Assembly: GCF_009914755.1 (NCBI RefSeq)
Contig: NC_060926.1
DNA: 64,000 nucleotides
Reading direction: 5' to 3' (one strand)
From: the human T2T-CHM13v2.0 reference genome, Homo sapiens
The notes below the pieces were generated by a model. That model made no database searches. It saw only the letters and a program-made list of their open reading frames with translations, and was not told the origin of the DNA. Shown piece by piece: positions 1 through 11,914 of the stretch (its first letter is position 1; the number at the start of each line of letters is the position of its first letter). Made by a program: the position numbers and the translations under genes.

Positions 1-99
1 ATTTCAAATATATATGTAGGCTAAATATATTCCAGTGTATTGGTGAGTCAAAGAAAGTTTATATTGCAATTTATTAGATAATATCAAATTTCATTAATC

Positions 100-330
100 A
101 AACCCACCAATAGTGTATGATACTCTCTGTTAGTCCACTCTTCCTGTTGTTGGGTATTGTTCAACCTTTTAGTTATTTTCAATTTGGCTGATAAAAGATA
201 GAATTTAATCCTTATGTTGATTTACAATGATTTAATTATGAGAGAGGTTGAGAATCATCTTTTTATATGTGCATTGGCCATTGTTGTTTTCTGGTGTTTG
301 AATTCCTGTGCATAAGTCTTTCATATTGGG
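100..330 (-). mobile_element. Old L1M fragment (ORF2 3' region)
   Basis: Diverged match to antisense L1 (…gaggttgagaatcatctttttatatgtgcattggccatt…). Confidence 0.6.
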
Positions 331-1689
331 ACTTTGCAAATGACACTCATGGCAGGAACATTTTAAAAAAATATTTGTACTTAGTCTTAATCTAACTGGA
401 ATTATTCATTCATTAATATCTGTAAAGTCCACTGAAAGGATGTTCTGTGTTTCACATATCTTAATAAACCTTTATCTGTTGAAACTGGCCTGAAAGAAGA
501 AATGAATGAATGTAAAGGAAGAGAGAACAATGGGAACAGTTGTGAGTAAATGTCTATAATTAACTCATTCAGTTATAAACACCTGTTTAATAAAATTGGA
601 GGAATCATCTACCCTATAAGAGTTGGAAATATTACCCTTAAATTTTCCTTCAGTTTTTAAAATGAAATAAAATGAATAATGAAAAAATAAACACACACAC
701 TGAACACCTTCTTCCAGCCTTAGGATTAATTCAGCCTCTATTTGGACATTGAAAAACATGCATAAAACTGATTTATCTTAGCATTCTACACACTTCACAA
801 AAAAATTGAAGCTATTGGTGAACATTTCTGAGAAAGTGGACAATACAAGAAAAGGCTTTTGGATTTGGGCCATAAAAATGCAAGTTTAGTGCATGACAAC
901 TCAACTAGTGAATGTCTGCCTCAGCTCCTAAGCACAGTTGAGGAGATCAGCAGTGTTTGCAGATGTTCTTGGGAGACAGTAAAATAGAACCCGGTTCTTA
1001 CTTCAGAGCTTGAGATTTTGCTCAAGACATTGAATCTGGAGGCAGCTCTTGATTGTTTCTTATTGTCATTGTCACTAAATTGGACTTGATTTTATAGGCC
1101 TTCTTTCTTTCCCCAACTAAGCAGAAAGTGCCACCAGGGATGTAAATCTAAAATTATTCTTTTCCTTTATTTTTGTTATTTGCTTTGGCATGGAAGGGTC
1201 ATTTATGATATCTCTGCTTATCAAAAGGATACTGACAAATAAACAGGAAACAGCAAATCAATCTATTATTAGGAGTCCCGAACAGGAGGTATAATGTTAC
1301 ATCGGTTAATATATTCAAGAAATATTGATATTCTAAGCTGAAAACCTGAGCCTTGTTATTCTTTGTTTTTTTTTTTTTTTTTCCAAGTGAATTGCACATT
1401 CAGAATCTTCTTAATGGTCAGATCCTTATATTTTTTGTTGCTTGCATCCTGTATCTGTTATAATTTCATGTTAAAATTAGAGGATGGAGATATTTTAGCA
1501 TACCAATATGCTAAGTTGTAAATTATGAAGACATAATGAAAACTCTTAGTTAACTTAGAGAATGTTAATGTAATTAATATGTAAAAACTCTTCCAAATCA
1601 ATTGAAAATGAACAAAAAATGTAAATGGACTTTTTATCAAAAAATATTGTTGATAAATTTAAAAGCTGCTTAACATAATTCACAAACAG

Positions 1690-1990
1690 GAATATTTATC
1701 AACAAGAAGATAGTATTTTTCACATATCCTATTGGCAAAGATTAACCCTGATGTTACCATGTATTGGAAAGACTGTGGAATAATAGAGCCTCTTACTCCT
1801 TGATAGCAGGAATGTCATTTGTGTTTTTACTTTGGGTAAAATTTTGTCATTATTGTGTGAAGTATAACTTTCACATGCCCTGTAATCTAAAAATTCCTTC
1901 CTAGGTATATACCATAAGGAAGCAATTGCACGTGTATTTCAGGAAACAGGAACAGGGAGGTTTATTCAGTCATAGTTGCAAACAACCACT
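1690..1990 (+). mobile_element. Old L1ME-like fragment
   Basis: …aattccttcctaggtatataccataagga… resembles the L1 ORF2 end. Confidence 0.55.
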
Positions 1991-2614
1991 GGTCTCCTCA
2001 ACTGTGCTTAGGAGCTATTAATGGATATTTCTGATAAAATGACCTGTAGAATGCATGGCTTTCAACCTTGGAGAATTAAAGTGCAAGTTTAGTAAATGAA
2101 AACCCAACTTTTAAATTAATTCACTATGTAAATTATTTATATCCTTGGGTTTCTGGTTAATGTCTAACTCAGTTTGCTTTGATACATATATATATGTTTG
2201 CCTATATGATGTATAATTTAATCTTAGTTGGTCTTGAACTTTTGAAAGAGGCATCAGGTAGTCCATGATCATCTTATACTTCCCTTTATCACTCAGCATT
2301 TTGTTACTGATTCATGCATATTTGCATTTAACCTGTAGTCCAGTTATTTTATAACTACAAGATATTCTATTTATGTCATTCTCTTGGTTATATGATATGC
2401 CATTCTTTACATATATTACCATATATTTATTGTTTATCTTACATTTAAATTTAATTGGGAATTAAATTTGTAATTGCTAAATCTATCACGATTGACAATA
2501 CGTGAAGAGACAAAAGCTGCAATTAATCCAATTCAAGAGAGAAAATGATAAGGATAGAGTAGATATCTGTCTTATCTATTAATTCATATTTGTCTTATCT
2601 GCTAAATAGATATC

Positions 2615-3043
2615 TGTCTTATCTACTAGTTCATTTTGTATTGCTGTAAAGGAATATCTGAGGCTGGGTAATTTACGTAAAAGATGTTTATTTGGCTAGT
2701 GATTCTGTAGACTGTGCGAAAAGCATGGCCCTGGCATCTGCTTCTGGTGAGGGCTTCAAGTTGCTTTATTCATAGTGGAAGGTAAAGGGCAGCCTGCATG
2801 TGCAGAGATAACATGGTGAGAAAGGAAGCAAGAAAAAGAGAGAGGACGTGCCAGGCTCTTTTTAACAACCAGCTCTCATGAGAACTAATAGAGTAAGAAC
2901 TCAGTATGATAAAAATGGCACCAAGCCATTCATGAGGAAGCCTGTCCCATGACCTAAACACCTATCATTAGAGCCCCACCTCCAACACTGGGGATCAAAT
3001 TTCGATATGAGGTTTGAAGGAGTCAAACATCGAAACTGTAGCA
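2615..3043 (-). mobile_element. MaLR solo LTR, MSTB-like
   Basis: ttgctgtaaaggaatatctgaggctgggtaattt…ccccacctccaacactggggatcaaattt…actgtagca; 5-bp TSD ATATC at 2610-2614 and 3044-3048. Confidence 0.85.
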
Positions 3044-4828
3044 ATATCAAATATGGTATCACTGAGGAATATATATGAATATATCAAATCTGGCACAATT
3101 AAATATCTTTTTTATTTGTTAACCTATGTTTTCTCCTATTTTTTGGAATTATTAATTATAATGCTAAATTAATGATGTTATATAAACCTAAAATGAGCCT
3201 TTGAACCATCAGCTGTCAAGAAGATTTAGTCTTTGAAGCACTACTATTTTTCTGTTTCTATTTCATAAAAAGAAAATTCAGCCATGGTAAAAAAAGTTTT
3301 TTTACTTAATATTGGACATTATAGTTTCCCTTCTTTTTGTAAATATGGGAATTGCAAAGCTTTTGGTAACCATTATTTTTCTTACACTAGAAATAAAATC
3401 ATATTACTAATTGAAATACTTAAAATATGCGTGTTTTAAAATAATAATTATATTATTTTTGTTTATGAAATTATACTCTGTAAAATGTGCCTGATGGGCT
3501 ATCAGAACAAGAATGAAATTAAGTAACTTTCTACTGGGCAGCTCCGGTCTACTCATCTTGTAAGTATTATGTTACACACATTGTATAAGGCCATGGTGAG
3601 GAAAACTCATACCGAAATTCTAATGTCAAATTTTTTAGGACTTCCATAGCTTTTATATGCTGTATTCTTTAATGCAGCTGTGCTTGAAGGTCACAGCACC
3701 ATTTAAAAATATATATATACTTGATATAGGATGATTATAAAGCACTAAGACAATTTGAAGAATCATTAGACCAGCACAAACTGAACTTCACATAAATAAT
3801 TTGCATAAATATGGAAGTTACAATATTTCTTTTCTTCTTTCATCAGCCCATAACTTTTCCAATTTATTAAAGTGTTGGGTAGAGAAATATTGGCATGACT
3901 CTCAAATTCACCTTTTCTGCCCTATTTTTTTAAGTTATTAATAGATTTCAGTGATCATTAATTTCCACTTTCTGCGAAAAATAAAAATTGCTTTTTAAAT
4001 GTTTTAGTGTATGGCCTATGATGTAAATGAATAGAATATTATTTTGGCTGTTTACATTTATTGAGCAATAAAAATATATGTGTGTCAGTCTATATGGATT
4101 AGTAGGTATTGATTCAATACTCATAAAAATTACGTAGTTGTATCATGGCATTTTCTGCATTGGGTTGTTTTATTAAATACTCCAATATCAAAATGCATGG
4201 TAACAAGAAAATATATATATAGAGAGAGCATCTATTATGTTTACAAAATATAGATATTGCAGATGTCAGGAAAGAGATATAATTTAAGCATGATCATAAT
4301 TAATTAGTCAGCTAAGAAAAGAGAACATGAAAAAATACACAGTAAAAAAAATTGATTTTAAAATTTTCTGCATATATAGCCAGCTATAGCTACAGAGAAC
4401 AATCAAGCCTTTGTTTACAGCTAAATTATAAAAGCTATTTGCTTCTTTTCTGTTCTTAAATCCAGACAGTGAAAGAGAGTGTGTCTTTTGCATCATTCTA
4501 GGGACTGCTGCCTCCTTTCCCAGCTTCTCTTGATTTCCCTTTTCTTCTTTTCAACTAGATCGTAATCTTTTTCCCTCTTCTCCTCCACTTATGGTCCACT
4601 GGCTTTCTAAAATCCTTCCTCATGCTCAAACCAGGGAATTTGGTCATTTATGGACTGCACTATGAAAGAAGCATTTTCATAATATATACTTAATTACATG
4701 TTTCAAAATTAACATCTTTCCAAAATGATAGATGGCTTTTCTAAATATTTTTGTCAGGTATCAAAAAACTAATAATGAGATTGAGTAGTGAGGGAAGTTA
4801 TACCCTAAATAAATTAAACATAAAGGAT

Positions 4829-5196
<368 letters not shown>

Positions 5197-6129
5197 TCAT
5201 AGGATCCAAGAAGACTTACATTTTTGTCTCCATCATTCACTATCTGTTAAAAATGTACCCATCTATACTTTCAGAATTATTCAGCCAAAGCTCCTGGAGC
5301 ATGATTTTTTTTTTAATTTTGTAAATAGAGATGTCTTTAGATATTTTTATTACCAGCTTATTCCAAGGTCTAGAACAATACACATCCCTACTACACAGTT
5401 CCTAAGGTTCTGCCGTTTCTCAATGTTAAGGCAACCAAGTCCTTTATACCAACTTGTATTAATTGTAACTGCATCTCTCATTCTGCCTTCACTCAGTCTT
5501 TTCTCAGTCTCAAGTCATGCAAATGAATATTTTATGTTTTCTGACACTTCTGACATTTAAGTTTGTGTTTAATGATTTCTTGCTATGATCTTTAATATCT
5601 GACATCTTGGAATACCATCATTATCTCATTTTCTACCTCTAGTTATAATGTTTCTGACAAAAGTGAATCATTGTAATGGGGCCTCTTAATAGGGACATTA
5701 CCGTGGCAATAAAAGATGTAAATTGCAGTTCCAAACAACCTAGAAGTGCAATCACGAAACAGTGATCAATGGTTAGATGAACTGCACGTGTAATTAAATA
5801 CATGTGAGGTCAGATGAATCACTTGAGCTAAGAAGGACAGGGAAGGCTTAAAGGAGAAGAATTAGAATGATCCTTCAGAGAAACACAATTTGAGTAAGGA
5901 AAAGGGAAAGGTGAAGGTGGTATAGCAAGTAGAGAAAGTTGAACAAAGGTACAAGAAAAAGAAAACATGCACATTTAAAGAATACAAGCAATGGTACACC
6001 ATGTTCATAACTGCATGATTACTGGCCCACCCGGTAGAGCATGTCATTTGGGGAACTTGTTCCTTTTCTTTAGAGGGCATGGATTTACGTGGAACATAAA
6101 CTTTCATCTATTACTCTGTATAAATGATA

Positions 6130-6630
6130 AAAGATGAGGCTTTCTGGCATCTCTCTTAAACTCCAGGCTTTTTATCCACAAATCCTGCACATTTCCTATT
6201 GGCTATCCTTCAGGAGCGATAACAATAATGTATATAAAATTCGAATGTCTAAAACTTTCCTCAAAATATGCCTGTTTTTCTTTATTTTCTCCAGTGAGAA
6301 TGTTACAAAAGCAACATTCACCCAATGATAAAAACTTGAAAACCTGGAGTTATTCTGTATACTTTCTTCTTTCTCCATCTTCAAATCTAATCCTTATTTT
6401 TTTTTTTTTGTATTTTATTCACAATCTCCCCTGTACATGTCCCTTTCACTCTTTGCCTCTGCTTCTTCCTTAACTTTGTAACATTGCTTTCTTGGATTGT
6501 CATGAGCCTCTTACCATCTCTCATGAACTCGAGATGTCATCAAATCTAACTAGTTTTTCACCCAGTTGCCAAGGTAATAGTTCTAAATTCAAACCTGATT
6601 TTGCTTCTTTCTTGGCTTTCAGTTTTACCA
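6130..6630 (+). mobile_element. L2 LINE fragment
   Basis: ctccaggcttttatccacaaatcctgcacatttcc…aaacctggagttattctg…ttctaaattcaaacctgat resembles L2. Confidence 0.6.
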
Positions 6631-6794
6631 CTTATGAAAACAGTAATAAGCACTGGCATATTCATGTTGACAATAATGCATACTTCATACATAATAGCAG
6701 TAATCTATGGAATCATCCCTCATCTTCCCAAGAATTGTTTTTAAGCTACTTGTGCATTTTTTGAAGTTTATTCTCATATTGTAGGTTGTAATTC

Positions 6795-7075
6795 AAAACT
6801 GGCAAGCTTGTAGGCTCCAGACAGAATCTGGCCCCCAAGTATATTTAGGATTGAATCATAATTTTAAAATTATGAAATTATAAGTTAAATTTTGCTTTCT
6901 AACTTTTTTGAAAAAAATGGAAAACTAGCAATACTGTGTATTTTTCTATAGGACATTGTATCTGGAGCTGAGGAGCTACTGTGCTCTTTTAAATAGGCGG
7001 TCTGATTACTCCGCCTCTCTGTGATTCTTACACAGACAGCTTCAGTCTTACCCTGCTTACCCAGTGGTTTCAAGC
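6795..7075 (+). mobile_element. MER102-like hAT-Charlie element
   Basis: gaatctggccccc…gaaaaaaatggaaaactagcaatactg…ctggagctgaggagctact; related to the copy at 35.66 kb. Confidence 0.55.
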
Positions 7076-8869
7076 AACCATGTTTTGGACCCTTGCTCTA
7101 CCAGTGACTAACGAGGTTCATGACATGCATCTTATCCTGAACAATATGGAAAGGGAAACATCCTAGTGGGTTTGGTTTCCCAACTTTGTAGCACCTTCAG
7201 TGTCTGCCTGGGGGCTTGTTGTACAGTGAATGTTCAACACATAAGATTCGCTTGAATGGAATGATACGTACAAAACAGGCACCACCAAATGTTCCCAAGC
7301 TGCCGGAAAACATACATTTGTTTCTCTACTTGATCACATACCTTGTCTTTCTTGCTTAATTCATCTAGTTAATCACCTGCATATTTGCTTTACTCTGTTT
7401 ATCATATCTTGCTTGCCTTCAACAGAATGTACATAGATGGCAGGATTCATGCATTTTTATGCCCTTTGTACTATTTTGGATGTCGAAAACTGGACAGGCA
7501 GGCATCATTGCTGAGTAATGGCAATGAACACATGTGGAAATTACTTTTGCATCCTTTCATTTCAATAGTAATTAAGTTGTTAAATATGAAGGTACTGTAA
7601 TAGCATTATTGGCAATAATCAACTTCCCCAAACCACAATTTGAAGTCATATTAAGTTGAAATTAAACCAGAACTATTTAATGTCTACAATTAGAATCAGT
7701 GTTGACCAAGATGTCTCCTGTGGCTGAAAGAAAGAATACCCCAAATGCAATAAATAATAACATTAAAGGCATACACTAAGAGGGATTGACCTAAGATTTC
7801 CAACATCTTCTGGCGTGTTGACTAAGCTGCCGAGATACGTTTCTTATTCGTGTATCATCAGTAAGTTTCTCTGCAGCATCAGTGACCTGCCCACGACTCT
7901 TTAATTTCAGAGAAGATTCAGCAGCTTGGGCCCCGGAAAAGATATTTGGAAAATTTCCCAGTTTGTGTGCTGCATAAGCTTGAGGCAGTAGAGGGATAAT
8001 TAATAAAGTGCCAGACTGGGTAATTGTAGGAACTGTAAAAGATACTAAGACGTTGTTACCGGAGGCACAGACGCACCTGTGAAAGCGTGAAGTTAATTTG
8101 TGTGAGGAACATCACATGAGGGTGGATGAGGATGAGGGAGGTGAGATTTCCTTCAAATTAATTCAGACTTTAGTCAGAGAAGCTCTCAAAAAAAAAAAAA
8201 AAAAAAAAAAACCCTCCTGCTAGTGAGATAATGTAAGGCTTATGAAAAGAGGCCCTCCTGGATTGTCTTGTTACGTATGCTTCTCTCTGACCTTGAGAAA
8301 GGTGTAACAACTGCAACGTTGGAATTTTCTAATCCCTGTAGGACAAGAATGATGACATTGCCCTATCAGTCTTTACATAACAGCGTACCATTTCATACTG
8401 TCCCCTTGAACATTTCCTTAAAAACAATACACCTCCTGATACTATAATGTTGGATACTTTGTGTATCCAGTGTCACCCCAAATTCCCCATAGGTTAATTT
8501 CTATCAAATTTCAATATACAATAAAGTAATGAGAGAGAGAATTAGGTCGTATCATAGTATTGCCCTGAAGACTGTTTAAAATCATTGATAACTGCAAAGT
8601 TCCTAACAACTTGCAGACCACATGATAGATGACTGATCAGTGGTAGCTGCTAATGTTGTTATTTTCATGGTTATTTAAATGGATCTTTTAAAAACTAAAA
8701 AACAAAATTCTTGACATGAATTGTTGCCAGTGAATGTTGTTATCTTCTTCTAAAATGCCTTATATGTAGATTGTACAAGATAGGTGTAAACCCCCATACC
8801 TTAGCATTGCCATATGGTGATGTCTCGCTGACCATTCCATTCTCTTGCATATCTGGCTCAGGAATTAAT

Positions 8870-9686
8870 AACCTATGTCATTCCAAAAATGATTCTCTGA
8901 TACCAATTGAGTGCTCTACAATTCAATTCAATACGGAGACTAATTACCAGGAATTAGCGTACACCCACAGTTAAGGAGCTCAATTCCCCTGGTCTGTCCT
9001 CACCTCAGATGCCAGCTGCCAGTCCCTGGTCCCAATGGTACTGAATTATGTCCAACCTGGCTACAAATGTGAGGGTTCTCATTACCCCTTTTCAGGCTGG
9101 AGAATTTCTTAGAATGACTCAAAGAGCTCGGACAAGAGCTATTCTTATGAGTAGCAGTTTATTGTAGAGGGTACAAATGAACAGCTAGATGAAGAGATAT
9201 ATGGGGTGATGTCTGAAGGGGTCCCCAGCACAGGAGGCTCTTTCTCTTTGGACTGGGGTACATCACCCTCCCAATGCATCCATATGTTTACCAACCAGAT
9301 GGTTCCCTCAACCCTTATCATTCAGAGTTTCTAAGCAAGGTTTCATCACTTAGGCATGATTTATTCAATCACTGGCCAGTTGCTGAACTCTGATCTCCAG
9401 CTCTTCTCTCCTACCAGATCTTAGAGTGGGGCTGAAATTTCTAAACTTGTAATCGCATGATTGATGTGATCTGATGACCAGCTTAATCCTGAAACTATAA
9501 GCTAACGCCTCCCCTCACAAAGAGTCCTCTGATGTTGCAGTCGCATTAGCATGAAATCGAATAAAGTGCAAAGAAGTTTGCTATGAATAACAAAAGACAT
9601 TTCTATCATTTAGGAAATTTCAAGGGTTTTTGGAGCTCTGTGCCAAGAACCAGAGAAAAGACCAAATATATATTTTATTATACCAC
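8870..9686 (-). mobile_element. ERV LTR, MER21 family (MER21C-like)
   Basis: Ends in aggaaatttcaagggtttttggagctctgtgccaagaaccagagaaaagaccaaatatatattttattataccac, the reverse complement of the MER21 5' end. Confidence 0.8.
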
Positions 9687-9754
9687 CCAAACTTGCCAAA
9701 TATTGATTAGTCTGAATTTCTTATCCTATCCATTGTGTTTTGGGGTCCCTATGT

Positions 9755-9789
9755 AAAACAAACAAACAAACAAACAAAAACAAAACAAA
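9755..9789. repeat. (AAAC)n microsatellite
   Basis: aaaacaaacaaacaaacaaacaaaaacaaaacaaa. Confidence 0.9.
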
Positions 9790-10686
9790 GAAACTCTGAC
9801 TTTACACTTTTCTGGACTTTATAGAGAGCAGTCTTATGGAAACTATAAGGTGTGCACAATTGTTTATGCACGTATTTCTCTGCAAATACCATGCAAAGTA
9901 TCTATTATGCTTAAAATTTTATACTATTTATTTTGTGTTTTTTTGTTTCTATTTTGGAGTTTTTTCACACATCAACTCAATGTGCTTGCCCTCTCTTTAG
10001 ACGTGAATTAGACAAATATCTCTATTTCAAGTGAAATCTTTTTTCTACCTTGAATGTATTTGTTTCATTGTGTAGTTTAAATTCCTTCTGTCCTCAAATT
10101 TGTTCAATTATTAGATTATAGGCTCAAAATTAGTCAAGTACAGTGTAGTAGTTTTTGTTTGACATCAAATGCAATGTTCTGTATTTGTGTTTTAATCTGT
10201 TTCACCCTGGGGATTTCCTTTAAAGAGAGTCTGTCTTTAATGTTAGTATCTTTTTAAATATAAACATTCAACCAGTAAGAATACAAAAACACAGAGACAG
10301 AAAATTATGACAAACAGAATGTCAATACTTCTTTTCCTTTTGATTAATCTAGCATGCAAATTATAAAAGCATTTTGGTTACTCAGGAATTTCAATAGGCC
10401 TTTGAACTTTTTAAATAATAAAAATATTAACATATTCTTTAAGAGATAACATATAGAAAGATATATTAGCAAACCTGTTCTTACTGAAATGTCTAATATG
10501 TCCTCTTTAAGCTTTTTATATTCATCTGAATAATCATACATACATACATGCAAATATGTATACAATATAAAAGAAATGAGAATGCCATTTTATAGTGCTA
10601 TGAAAATTGATTTTTTTTTACATTTATACATCCAAATTCATGTTAAGAAGTTTTTAAATATAACTGGTTTTTTTTTCTTTTTCTAG

Positions 10687-10761
10687 GTAACCTTCAAAGC
10701 ATCAAGACATTCAGTTTCACCAGATTTAAAATATGTCCTTCTGGCATATGATGTCAAACAG
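10687..10761 (+). CDS. DPP10: Internal coding exon of DPP10 (75 nt, phase 0/0; probably exon 5), extracellular region
   Basis: Branch-like TAAC at about 10661-10664, long T tract, acceptor ttctag|, 25 open codons VTFKASRHSVSPDLKYVLLAYDVKQ, donor CAG|gtaaag. The peptide matches my recollection of DPP10 (…TTFVTFKASRHSVSPDLKYVLLAYDVKQIFHYSY…); the SPD motif is typical of the DPP4 family. Exon number is from memory. Confidence 0.95.
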
Positions 10762-11914
10762 GTAAAGGAGTGATCTTCTTTGAGAATACTTTTCTTTGTG
10801 ATGCATTGGGGTGACAATGCATAATTTTACTCAGCTATAACTCACCTAAGCAAAATCTGGCATGTCTAGTAACTACCGGAGGACAGTAATGACTACTTTG
10901 CACAAAAGATGTTTGAAGATAATGTCCAAACATCTTCCATATCTGCACAGCAAATAATTGGGACAGTTTGCCCAGTGCCTGTGCTGATCCAAGTCCATCT
11001 CTTGGCAGAGGAGAATGTGGCAGAGTTTAGCAAATCCAACAAATGCGGGCTTGTGAAAGTTTCAAGATAAGCCTTACCATATACTTGAGTGTTTCATGTG
11101 TGTACAGATTAGAGACTTTCCTAGTGGCTGTGCCTAGAGCTTCAGATGTGTATATTGGGAAGGCAACTGCTGAAAACATTGATTATGGTCAAGGGATTCT
11201 TTACTGGTATTTGATTGTCAGCTTGGGGTTGTAGAAAATTTTGCAAATGGGGCAAGCCAAGCAATTAATTCTGAACAAATAAAATGTTCTAATTGAAATT
11301 AGTGTTTCCTTATTCCATGTGAGCCCTAAAGCACAATTAGAGCAATATGTATGGTTGTTGAGTGTTTTGTACTTAGGTATCATTTGCACGATTAAAAAGC
11401 AAAGTAAATGTTGGAAAGCCAATTCAGCAGATTAGTATCTGTAAAGAATAAATGATTGGAAATCATTCAAGGACGTTTATGAGCTTTAAGACGAACAATA
11501 AAAATTTATGAACTTAAGGCAGGAAGCCTCATATAATGCTTTGAAAGCCTTTTGAACACATGGAATTTCACAGTTCGAAAGAACTGCTATTTGATGGCTT
11601 TAGTCTTTTGGAATATACATGTGCTATATTTTTAAGGTTATATTTTTTGACTTAAGTAATTTATGCTGTAAAAGACAGAGGGATTTTAGTCAAAGGCCTC
11701 TTTTCCTAGTATAGATGTTGGCCTGTTGTCTTATCTTTTGCTTTGAGTTATCTTTATTCATTGGGATTTTGTAAGTCATATGTTATAGTAAGAAAAATAC
11801 TTGACATTTATAGACTAAAATATTATGCTAAAAAGTTTCTAACATAACATTATCTGAAAAATCTAAGCTTGAAAAGTCTGCTATATTAAACTGATCATGA
11901 ACTTTTAAAAAATC

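Noticed and set aside
10681-10692. AG|GTAACC at the exon start as a recursive site
   Set aside because: The GT is the Val codon of a genuine exon, and GTAACC is a poor donor.
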